Of a stretch of DNA of 32,000 bases, positions 8,821 to 16,851 are shown piece by piece. Location of the stretch: assembly GCA_016699145.1 (NCBI GenBank), contig CP064962.1, forward strand, positions 330,001 through 362,000. Reading direction: 5' to 3'. The notes beneath the pieces are model-generated. The model was given only the letters and a program-made list of their open reading frames with translations. It was not told the DNA's origin and did not search any database. The translations under genes were made by a program, and so were the position numbers. The DNA comes from Candidatus Saccharimonadota bacterium. GTDB taxonomy: Bacteria > Patescibacteriota > Gracilibacteria > UBA1369 > 2-02-FULL-48-14. Positions within the stretch are counted from its first letter, which is position 1. The number at the start of each line of letters is the position of its first letter.

Positions 8821-10230
8821 ATGGAAAATCACAACGAATTCCTCAAAAAACTGCAATCGGCCTCTGTACCACAAAACCGTAGCTTCAAAGCTAAACTCAA
8901 AGAAGCCTTGATAGCTCGTGCTGAGCAAGAATACCCACCCAAAACTCGGTTCAATCCTTGGCTTAGAGCACTACGCATACCCTTTTCCGTGTTGATTTTA
9001 ACCTTGATCATCACGCAAATTGCAATTCCAAGCGGCGATGATTCCAGCTCCACCAACGCCCTCAGCGCCTTCATTCAAGAAGCAAAAGCCAGCTATCCCG
9101 AAACTGAAGGGAAAATCTACCATGCCAAAATCAAGGGAGAGATGGAATACTATTTTGAAAGCGAAACCTTTAAAGGTTGGCAAACGGTAAGCATCATAGA
9201 AAAAGACATGTGGACAGCACCAAACGGAGAGCTAAGGCAGGAAATGAAGATCAGCTCTTTCAATGGTCCCAATGAGTTCGGTGACTTTGAACAAGTGGAC
9301 CAAACCGATCTAGGCCTATCCAAAAAAGACAGCTATGGAAACATCATTCCTTACACCTTGCTCCAAATCACAGGCACCACAGATGGATCAGGAGGAATAG
9401 ATGAGCCCATTGGCGAGCCCATTTACAATGTCCATCCTGGCAAGCAGTACGATGATGCGGATTTGAGCAAACAATTTTTAAACCAAATCACTTGTGTGAC
9501 CAAGGAAGCGGGAGAAGATTTTGATGCCTACGCTTGGTCCACAATCAATAAAGACAGTCTAATATCGGAGGGTCTGATAGTAACGAGCTTCCCACACGAT
9601 AACAAATACAAAATAGTGGATGAATTGTTTGAGGCCGCCAGCGGCAGCCTTTCCAGTCAAGAAGTCATTGCAATTTTGGAAAAAGTACAAGATGAACCCC
9701 AGATCACCTACGAAACCATCGAAACCAATGGAGTAAAAGAAGTCGTCATATCTCTAAATACAAACGACTTCATGCCAATCAATTCAAGTAGCAAAGAAGA
9801 TCTAATAAAAATCGATAGGAAGGAAGAAAATCTCATCACGATTCACTTCAACCAAGAAACTCATCAACTCATTTCGATGAAAAGCGAGGTCCTATACGAT
9901 GGAATTGTGCAAAACCGTTCCAGTACAACCGTAGTGTCCTACGAATACTTAGATTACGAAGCGAATAAGGCTTTGTTCGAAACCAATGAAGACTTTGTCG
10001 CCAGTCCATACTTCAATCGCTTTGAGCAGAACATTGAAGATTTCGAACCAGGGTGTTACGAAGCTTATTTAAAACTTCCCGATGAAGAAGCAAAAGAGTG
10101 GCTAGAACAAATAAAAAGCCAGTTCACAGAAGCAAATATGGAACTATGGAATCACCCTCTATCCTTGACCCTTGGCTATTACCGATTGCCAGGAGAAAAT
10201 GAAATCAAAGGAGAAGGCTTCAAGAAATAG
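8821..10230 (+). CDS. putative anti-sigma factor / single-pass membrane protein with a large acidic extracytoplasmic domain
   Basis: It starts 1 nt after the sigma stop. It has a short N-terminal cytoplasmic segment (about 50 aa), one TM (IPFSVLILTLIITQIAIP), and a 390-aa extracytoplasmic part. No zinc-binding HxxxCxxC motif is present. The call rests on position and architecture only. Confidence 0.55.
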   Translation: MENHNEFLKKLQSASVPQNRSFKAKLKEALIARAEQEYPPKTRFNPWLRALRIPFSVLILTLIITQIAIPSGDDSSSTNALSAFIQEAKASYPETEGKIYHAKIKGEMEYYFESETFKGWQTVSIIEKDMWTAPNGELRQEMKISSFNGPNEFGDFEQVDQTDLGLSKKDSYGNIIPYTLLQITGTTDGSGGIDEPIGEPIYNVHPGKQYDDADLSKQFLNQITCVTKEAGEDFDAYAWSTINKDSLISEGLIVTSFPHDNKYKIVDELFEAASGSLSSQEVIAILEKVQDEPQITYETIETNGVKEVVISLNTNDFMPINSSSKEDLIKIDRKEENLITIHFNQETHQLISMKSEVLYDGIVQNRSSTTVVSYEYLDYEANKALFETNEDFVASPYFNRFEQNIEDFEPGCYEAYLKLPDEEAKEWLEQIKSQFTEANMELWNHPLSLTLGYYRLPGENEIKGEGFKK

Positions 10231-10270
10231 ATAAATTCACAGAATAAGCAATACAGGGGATAGCTGAATC

Positions 10271-10369
10271 TTAAGCCCTCTTTGCTCGTTTTGCAGCCCG
10301 TTTCTCCTCTTTGGACTTTTGAGGGGCCTTTCCTTTGCTGTCCCTTCTCTGAAATTCACCTTTTCCCAT
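10271..10369 (-). CDS. candidate small basic protein (32 aa): MGKGEFQRRDSKGKAPQKSKEEKRAAKRAKRA
   Basis: My own translation; the ORF is too short for the track. It runs ATG to TAA (99 nt) in the otherwise empty 410-nt convergent spacer. The Lys/Arg-rich composition resembles small basic bacterial proteins. I could not identify a convincing promoter or RBS. Confidence 0.3.
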   Translation of the reverse strand: MGKGEFQRRDSKGKAPQKSKEEKRAAKRAKRA

Positions 10370-10580
10370 AGCGTGAGTGGGTTAATGTGAAAAAAGTGTA
10401 GAGGCTATCTCAAAAAAAGGGAAGGACAAGAACGCAGAGGACTTTAAGCTGAAAGAGCTTGATGCAAACAAGCAACTTGTTGTTGACCATGCAGAACAAA
10501 ACCCACATACCATGTGCCAACTTTCATCTGCGTAGTCAAAGGAACAACAAAGTAAAAACCACGTACAAATTTTCTATAAA

Positions 10581-10620
10581 TCAAAAAATCAGCACCCGCC
10601 ATGAGACAAGTGCTGATTTC
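10581..10620 (-). terminator. intrinsic terminator after the second anti-sigma-like gene
   Basis: A perfect 10-bp stem (aaatcagcac at 10586-10595 pairs with gtgctgattt at 10610-10619) with a 14-nt loop. The minus-strand reading gives the hairpin followed by ttttttgattt, about 20 nt after the stop at 10642. Confidence 0.65.
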
Positions 10621-10641
10621 TACTCAAAATGAAGCGCTCCT

Positions 10642-11595
10642 TTAACACCCTCCTCCGCCCATCATTCCATCGTCACTTTGCCAACTGCTGCACCCATTTT
10701 CATCAATAGTGAGTTCCTGAGGCTGGCTGGGTTCTTCTACATCAGCTTGCTCTTCCGAACCTTGCACAGTCACAGCAGTGATTCCTCCACCAATCACCAC
10801 GCCCTCTATCACAGACTCACCCTCCGAAACCTCTTCTGTAGAGACAGAAAACATAGTGGAAAGTCCATCTCCAAGCCATGTTTTATTTTGTTCAAGACTG
10901 AGAGTAGGATCAAAGAACGCAATGCTGAAACGCAGCATCAGACTGTCCTCCTCCCCAGAAAAGAAGAGAGTACTTTCACGCACCTGTCCATTGCCATCTG
11001 TAGAACTAGAAAAAGAAAACACTTCACTGGGGAGCAAATCATCCTCCACAAACATGACAACACTGGACCCATCCGCCGTTGTAAACGCCACCGGTCTTCG
11101 TTCAGAAAAATAAGAAGCACATCCACTCTGCTCACTCACAATGGCAAGCAAGTTCTCAAGCACAACAGTACAATAAGCATCTCCATTCGAATCCATCAGT
11201 GTTTCTTCCGCAATTACTACATCCCTCAAATCAAGAGCTCCTTGCGCTTCAGATAAAATGTGTTCCAAATCAGGAACTTGCAAACGTTCCTCCAAAGCAG
11301 CAAGCTCCTCAACACTCAAAGCTTGAATCTGCTCAGAAACTTGGGAAACCAATTCTGCAGCGCTCACCGCAGGGACGGGGTTAACATTAAAATGAGAATC
11401 TGGCTTTTGCAGCACACTGAATGTGAAAAGCAAAACAAGAGCTAAACCAATAGGAAAAAGTCTTTTCATAAGATTAAAAGATGAGCCTTCAAACCGTTTC
11501 GAAGAAAGAAGAGCTCGTCGTAAACGGGCACGGTGCAAAGGAAGGTCCGGCGTGGACTTGTTCACGTGCTCAAGTTTTTCTTCAATTCGTTCCAT
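10642..11595 (-). CDS. putative anti-sigma factor / single-pass membrane protein with an acidic extracytoplasmic domain
   Basis: Same architecture as 8821-10230: a short N-terminus (MERIEEKLEHVNKSTPDLPLHRARLRRALL), one TM (LFPIGLALVLLFTFSVL), and an acidic domain ending CSSWQSDDGMMGGGGC. I prefer the ATG at 11595, which parallels the partner gene's N-terminus, over the track's TTG at 11643. Confidence 0.55.
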   Translation of the reverse strand: MERIEEKLEHVNKSTPDLPLHRARLRRALLSSKRFEGSSFNLMKRLFPIGLALVLLFTFSVLQKPDSHFNVNPVPAVSAAELVSQVSEQIQALSVEELAALEERLQVPDLEHILSEAQGALDLRDVVIAEETLMDSNGDAYCTVVLENLLAIVSEQSGCASYFSERRPVAFTTADGSSVVMFVEDDLLPSEVFSFSSSTDGNGQVRESTLFFSGEEDSLMLRFSIAFFDPTLSLEQNKTWLGDGLSTMFSVSTEEVSEGESVIEGVVIGGGITAVTVQGSEEQADVEEPSQPQELTIDENGCSSWQSDDGMMGGGGC

Positions 11596-11648
11596 AGATT
11601 TGAAAGAAAGAAATAAAAGGAAGCTTCCGTAGTTACAATGCAAATTCT

Positions 11649-12206
11649 TTAAAAGGGTTGCAACGCTCGTAACTTTTCCAGTCCGCGAGAAAGAAGGGAT
11701 TTCACGGTGCCTTCTCTTTTATTGAGAATGCTGGCGATTTCTTTAACACTTTTCTCCTCAAAAAAACGGAGAGCAATGACTTCTTGATAAAGCAGCGGCA
11801 AAGTCTGGATTTGTTTTTGCACACGTAAAAATTCCTCATGACGCTCAAGCACTTCCTCAGCCAAACGAAGCTCCTCTTCTAAATCAGCGGAATCTTTGAG
11901 ATCAAACCCAGTATTTTCCATCATGGCTTCCAAAGAACACAGCTTCTTTTTCCCTCTAAAATGCATGCGTAGTTCATTGGTTGCAATGCGATAAAGCCAC
12001 GCCGAAAACGAAACCGAGCGCCAACGAAACTGCCATAGTTTACTCAGTGCCTTAAAAAAAGTTTCCGCAGCCAAATCTTGAGCCAAAGCCAACTCCCCCG
12101 TTCGATGAATCAAATAAGCAAGGATCTTAGGATGGTACAAGTCAAAAAGCACCCCAAAGGCCTCGGGGTCTTTTCTGGCAGCTTCAATGAGTTCTTCTTC
12201 CTCCAA
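11649..12206 (-). CDS. ECF-type RNA polymerase sigma factor (paralog of 8286-8819)
   Basis: 185 aa with a TTG start. Region 2 (DPEAFGVLFDLYHPKILAYLIHRT ... FSAWLYRIATNELRMHFR) and region 4 (LPLLYQEVIALRFFEEKSVKEIASILNKREGTVKSLLSRGLEKLR) are present. Confidence 0.88.
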   Translation of the reverse strand: MEEEELIEAARKDPEAFGVLFDLYHPKILAYLIHRTGELALAQDLAAETFFKALSKLWQFRWRSVSFSAWLYRIATNELRMHFRGKKKLCSLEAMMENTGFDLKDSADLEEELRLAEEVLERHEEFLRVQKQIQTLPLLYQEVIALRFFEEKSVKEIASILNKREGTVKSLLSRGLEKLRALQPF

Positions 12207-12233
12207 AATATACTACTTTAATGAGCTACACCT

Positions 12234-12262
12234 ATAATGCACAAAGCAATCAAAGGTTGCAA
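12234..12262 (-). promoter_or_regulatory. possible sigma-70-like promoter for the second ECF sigma gene
   Basis: The minus strand reads TTGCAA (12262-12257), then 17 nt, then CATTAT (12239-12234), about 28 nt upstream of the TTG start. This is a hexamer match by eye only. Confidence 0.25.
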
Positions 12263-12290
12263 AACCACTACAAAACCAATTCAAAGAGGC

Positions 12291-13139
12291 TCAAACTACC
12301 CTTTCAGAACGAGGCATCATGGTGGTCATCACTTCTCTCATCAAGTGAGCACCAACACCAGGCACTCCTAGGGCACGCAAGAAAAAATCAAATCCACGCC
12401 CGGCGACCCAAGCACCCCCAAGCAATGAATCTGACGACGAACCATTTTCCACATCGTCAGACTTATACGTCAGAACGGTATAGCCCTGCGTATCAAAAGG
12501 TCGCCCTTGAGACTGTCGAAGCAGTTGAGCCAAAATATAAGCTCGAGGATGCACACTGGTAACTCCGTCTGGCAACTGCCGCTCCAAGTGCCTGAAACCA
12601 GTTTGCAAGCTTACATCACCGCTCAAAGGAGACACTGCACCCACTTCAACAAAGCCCAACTTGTACCCAAACTGCGCACAAGCAGTAATACCTCGCAAAC
12701 GATATTTCAGACGTTCACTTAACGTTAAAGGACGACCACGCATATCATTCCTTGCATTCACAAACGCAACAAACTCTTCAATCGGGGCCTGAGGTTCAAT
12801 CACAAAAACCGGAGCGGTCATCTTTAAAACTTCCTGAATTTGCCCTGCGGTGAATTTACGAAGTGCAGTCAAGCACGCGTCCAAAGTAGGAGTTGGAGAC
12901 AGGTAGTCAGGATTAAAACTTTGCAAAAGTTCAAAAGCATCGCCAAATTGGGTCCTCACCAAAGCCTCAAAGTTCGCAGCATCAGAGGGAACAGGGACAT
13001 CACTCTGAGGAACCAAGCCCACTGTGTGCAAAAAGTTTTTAAAATCCCTTGGATTCAGACGTCGCAACGCCAACACCTGATCAGACAAAGATGAGCCATC
13101 TGCTCTATCCTGCACTTTGGTGGGAACACCGCGTGACAT
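12291..13139 (-). CDS. hypothetical protein (282 aa)
   Basis: Long ORF with an ATG start, on the same strand as its neighbours. No TM, signal peptide or motif I can name. Confidence 0.6.
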   Translation of the reverse strand: MSRGVPTKVQDRADGSSLSDQVLALRRLNPRDFKNFLHTVGLVPQSDVPVPSDAANFEALVRTQFGDAFELLQSFNPDYLSPTPTLDACLTALRKFTAGQIQEVLKMTAPVFVIEPQAPIEEFVAFVNARNDMRGRPLTLSERLKYRLRGITACAQFGYKLGFVEVGAVSPLSGDVSLQTGFRHLERQLPDGVTSVHPRAYILAQLLRQSQGRPFDTQGYTVLTYKSDDVENGSSSDSLLGGAWVAGRGFDFFLRALGVPGVGAHLMREVMTTMMPRSERVV

Positions 13140-13234
13140 AATACAATAATATGTTTAAGAAAAGATTTTATTGAAAAATCATTCAGAAAGCAAGGCTGCA
13201 TAGGTCCATTGTTCAATCCAACAGGAAAACCCAA

Positions 13235-14761
13235 TCACCCCGCAAACGCCTCCACGCGCTTCTCGCGGATCACCTCCACCTTGATTTTGCCAGGGTATTG
13301 GAGTTCTTTTTCAATCTGGCGAGCCAGTTCGTGAGAGAGTTTGATGGACTGAAGGTCATCGACGTTTTCAGGATTCACAAAGACGCGCAATTCGCGACCC
13401 GCTTGAACCGCAAAGGCCTTTTCGATGCCCTCGTGATCCGTTGCGAGTTTTTCAATTTCTGCAAGGCGCTTCACATAGTTTTCCATATTGTCCTTGTTGG
13501 CTCCAGGACGCGCCACAGAAATCAAGTTTGCAACCTGAACAATCTTGGCTTCCACCGTTTCTGCATCCACGTCGCCTTCGTTGGCCTCCACACAGTGCAA
13601 AAGCTCATCCGAAAGTCCAAACTTTTTCAAAATGTCGCGCCCGATCATGGCATGCTTACCCTGAACCTCATGATCCACAGCTTTACCAATGTCGTGCAAA
13701 AGCCCGGCCTTTTTACAAAGATCCACATTCGCTCCCATCAAACCGGCGAGCTCCGCAGCTAAAAAGGCCACTTCTAAGGAATGCTTGAGTACATTTTGAC
13801 CATAGGCAATACGGAACTTGAGCCGCCCTAAAATCTTGAGCAAATTCGGAGGCAAACCGGCCACTCCAACTTCAAAAGCTGCTTTTTCTCCCAAATCTTT
13901 AATAAGAAGGTTCACTTCTTCCTTCACCTTGGCGTACATCTCTTCAATGCGAGCCGGATGAATACGTCCGTCTTCCACCAGACGTTCCAAAGTGATTTTA
14001 GCCATGTAACGACGAATGGGATCAAAACCACTGATGATGATGTTTCCCGGAGTGTCATCCACAATCACATCCACACCTGTCACGGATTCAAAAGCGTTGA
14101 TGTTGCGTCCTTCACGCCCGATGATGCGCCCCTTCATATCCTCTTGAGGCAAAGGCACCGCCGTCGTGGTGGATTCCACTGTGGTTTCAGAAGCGTAGCG
14201 CTGAATGGCATCGGCAAGGATTTGTCGAGCTTTTTGATCAACTTCTTCCTTCATATCACGCTCCAGTTTTTTAGCATAGTGGACCAATTCATCCTTGAAT
14301 TCTTTTTCAATCTGATCCAGGAGCAATTGCTTGGCCTCCTCATGAGAAAGCCCGGCCACATCTTGAAGTTTCTTTTCTTGCTCACTCACAAGACCCAAGG
14401 CCTTTTCACGATCTTTTTTCAGATGTTCCGCTTGCTCCTCGAGCTTGGCTTTCATTTTGTCGAGATCTTCGACGCGCGCATCCATCTGCTCTTCTTTTTT
14501 TACAAGACGCTGCTCCGATTCTTCCAATTTCTTACGCTTCATTCGCTCCTCTTTTTGAGCTTCTTCGCGCTCGCGCATGGCCTCATTTTTGGCCTTCATG
14601 ATCATGTCATTGGCCTTCGTGTGCGCTTCGTTAAGGGCCTTCTCTTGCTGTTGGCGTTTTTTGAGATCTTCGCCTTTGATCTGCTGGTTCCGGAAAAAAA
14701 ATCCGGCACCTCCTCCCACCGCCAGTCCAAGTAGAAGGAGTATCAAGGTCACATAGTCCAT
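13235..14761 (-). CDS. rny: ribonuclease Y
   Basis: N-terminal TM (VTLILLLLGLAVGGGAGFFF), a K/E-rich coiled coil, a KH domain (GRIIGREGRNINAFESVTGVDVIVDDTPG), and an HD domain (LLHDIGKAVDHE). Length 508 aa. Confidence 0.95.
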   Translation of the reverse strand: MDYVTLILLLLGLAVGGGAGFFFRNQQIKGEDLKKRQQQEKALNEAHTKANDMIMKAKNEAMREREEAQKEERMKRKKLEESEQRLVKKEEQMDARVEDLDKMKAKLEEQAEHLKKDREKALGLVSEQEKKLQDVAGLSHEEAKQLLLDQIEKEFKDELVHYAKKLERDMKEEVDQKARQILADAIQRYASETTVESTTTAVPLPQEDMKGRIIGREGRNINAFESVTGVDVIVDDTPGNIIISGFDPIRRYMAKITLERLVEDGRIHPARIEEMYAKVKEEVNLLIKDLGEKAAFEVGVAGLPPNLLKILGRLKFRIAYGQNVLKHSLEVAFLAAELAGLMGANVDLCKKAGLLHDIGKAVDHEVQGKHAMIGRDILKKFGLSDELLHCVEANEGDVDAETVEAKIVQVANLISVARPGANKDNMENYVKRLAEIEKLATDHEGIEKAFAVQAGRELRVFVNPENVDDLQSIKLSHELARQIEKELQYPGKIKVEVIREKRVEAFAG

Positions 14762-15090
14762 GATAATCGAGGGGTTAAACCCGGCAATAACAAAGAGAGA
14801 CGCAGATCACTCGTCTTTTTTTAAATCGGATTGCATTGTGTATCGAAGCAGAGTTTTCAAGAAGTTTTCAACAATGAGGAAGTTCGATTCGCGTCGTCTT
14901 TGTATCCCGGAACTTGAGATAATAAAGAACTGAACGAAGTGTAAAAGAAAAGAGCGACAAGAGCAATGAGTTTTACACAAAATGGCCATTCAGAATTTTG
15001 TAAGTCAGGAAAAGTTAATGCGTTTTTAATGAAAATTTCAGGATTTCGTTCAGGTTTTTGGCTTAAGCTCGACACGTCTAACCCCAAACC

Positions 15091-16827
15091 ATGTTCAAAA
15101 AATTGCTCAGCTTCTTTATTTTTTTAAGCCTCTGTGCCCCAACGGCCTTAGCGACTCCAAGCCCAGCCAGCTCTTCTACAGGCTGCCCCGCCACAACCAC
15201 TTCCAGTGGAGCGATCTCCACAACCTTAAGAATCTCTGCCCTTTACCCCAACCCCAATACCGGTGAAGCCGAATGGATTGAAGTGACGAACACCGGCACT
15301 CAAACCCTAGATCTCGCCAACTACACCTTAGAAGACGCCACAGGCAACCCTTGGGCCGCTAGCGGAAATCTGGAAGCAGGCGAAGCCATACAAATCACTG
15401 GCTTCTCTTTTCAACTCAACAACTCCAATGAAACCGTGACCTTAAAAACCAGCACCGGCACCCAAGTCGACACCTGGACTTATGCAAGCAGCAGCAAGGG
15501 CACCATTCTTTATAGAAACGCAAGCGCAAGCACCTCCAGCACTGAAAACACCACAAACGCCAGCCAAACCGAACAAACCACCTCTGCCCCTGCCAGCACC
15601 CCCACCGAATGGCCCACTTTCTCAGAAGCCATGCCCAATCCTGAGGGTTCAGACGGCAGCGAAGAATGGATTGAACTTTACAATCCTCACTCTCAAACCT
15701 TAAACCTAAACGGCTTACAATTGGACGACGGCGAAGAGGGCAGCAGCCCTCACACACTCAGTGGAAGCCTGCCCGCAGAAAGCTATTTGCTCATCAGCAT
15801 CCAAGACAGTCATTTGAACCTCAACAACACCGAAGATCACGTTCGTCTGCTCGGGATCAACAATGAAATTTTATGGGATCACCCCTACTCAGACCCAGAC
15901 GAAGGCAGCAGTTTGATTGCTCATGGAAGCAGCACTGCCTGGACCACCACTCCCACCCCTGGTGAAGAAAACGTACAAAGTGGAAATCTAAGTGAAGAAA
16001 CAGAAGAGGATGAAGAAACTTCCAGCGAAAGCAATGAAAGCGATTACCAAAACGGAGACCTTTCCGAAGAAGTGACCGTGACCGAAGTGTTTCCCAACCC
16101 CGAAGGCCCCGACAACGAAGAAGAATGGATCGAGCTCACCAACGGCGGTGGTGAAGCAGTGAATTTGGGCAACTGGACTCTCACCGATGCCTCAGGTCGC
16201 AGCTACACCTTTCCCGACAGCACCGTGATTCAAGCCGGTGAAACCCTCGTGCTCTACCGCACCGAATCCGCCATCTCTTTGAACAATTCCAATGAAAGCC
16301 TAACCCTGGCCGATCACACCGGCGAAGTGATGAGTGAAGTGAGTTTTGACTCCTCCCAAGAAGACGAATCCTATTCTGAAATTCAAATCGAAGAAGTCAG
16401 CTCGACTCAAGCCTCGGTGTCAGGACTCGGCAACCCTGTGCTCACCGTATGGCAGTGGGTCACGCCCAGTCCTGGGAGTCAAAACCCAGTTTGGAAACAG
16501 ATCAAAGGCAGCGTGACCGAATTTGATGAAGGCCTGCTCACTCTCTTCGATGGCATCAGCTCTTGGACCTTCAAAACGGCCAACGCCGCAACCGACGAGC
16601 TGCTCTACGAACCCGGCAACGTGCTGCTGGTGCAAGCCTCCCTCAAAGACGAACTGTATGAAGTGATGCACGCCGAACTCGTGCAAAGCGCCACAAGCAC
16701 AGATAAAGGAGGCTCCTTCCCTTGGAGTACGGTGCTCAGCATCACCGGACTCAGCGCCTGGGGCGGCTATGAACTCTACAAACGTCGAAAATCCATTTTG
16801 AATTTTAGACCCCAGGCCTTACAATGA
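15091..16827 (+). CDS. secreted, C-terminally anchored surface protein with three lamin-tail (LTD) domains
   Basis: A signal peptide (MFKKLLSFFIFLSLCAPTALA) is followed by three LTD-type modules, each opening with the (Y/M/F)PNP...(E)EWIE(V/L)(T/Y)N signature. Ser/Thr- and Glu-rich linkers separate them. A C-terminal TM plus basic stop-transfer sequence follows (WSTVLSITGLSAWGGYELYKRRK). Confidence 0.85.
   Translation: MFKKLLSFFIFLSLCAPTALATPSPASSSTGCPATTTSSGAISTTLRISALYPNPNTGEAEWIEVTNTGTQTLDLANYTLEDATGNPWAASGNLEAGEAIQITGFSFQLNNSNETVTLKTSTGTQVDTWTYASSSKGTILYRNASASTSSTENTTNASQTEQTTSAPASTPTEWPTFSEAMPNPEGSDGSEEWIELYNPHSQTLNLNGLQLDDGEEGSSPHTLSGSLPAESYLLISIQDSHLNLNNTEDHVRLLGINNEILWDHPYSDPDEGSSLIAHGSSTAWTTTPTPGEENVQSGNLSEETEEDEETSSESNESDYQNGDLSEEVTVTEVFPNPEGPDNEEEWIELTNGGGEAVNLGNWTLTDASGRSYTFPDSTVIQAGETLVLYRTESAISLNNSNESLTLADHTGEVMSEVSFDSSQEDESYSEIQIEEVSSTQASVSGLGNPVLTVWQWVTPSPGSQNPVWKQIKGSVTEFDEGLLTLFDGISSWTFKTANAATDELLYEPGNVLLVQASLKDELYEVMHAELVQSATSTDKGGSFPWSTVLSITGLSAWGGYELYKRRKSILNFRPQALQ
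15226..16375 (+). repeat. three divergent intragenic LTD-domain repeats (about 15226-15490, 15612-15915, 16075-16375)
   Basis: Module starts are ISALYPNPNTGEAEWIEVTNTGTQTLDLANYTLED, FSEAMPNPEGSDGSEEWIELYNPHSQTLNLNGLQLDD and VTEVFPNPEGPDNEEEWIELTNGGGEAVNLGNWTLTD. Each is followed by LNN(S/T)xExV/L. The repeats are protein-level; the DNA copies are not identical. Confidence 0.7.
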
Positions 16828-16851
16828 GGGGGATCAATTCCCTAGCTACTT

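Noticed and set aside
13958-14734. 258-aa + strand ORF inside rny
   Set aside because: Antisense to RNase Y (KH and HD motifs are on the minus strand). The translation is an F/L/H-rich shadow.
14798-14822. Terminator-like hairpin on the + strand (agacg-N9-cgtct followed by T7) in the rny/LTD divergent spacer
   Set aside because: The stem is only 5 bp and there is no upstream + strand gene to terminate. It most likely lies in the rny 5' region by chance. The small ORFs at 14807-15087 look spurious.
14882-14889. TTCGATT T-loop-like string suggesting a tRNA
   Set aside because: The flanking bases cannot form a T-stem (ggaag versus cgcgt), and no acceptor or anticodon arms are evident. I found no tRNA in the window.
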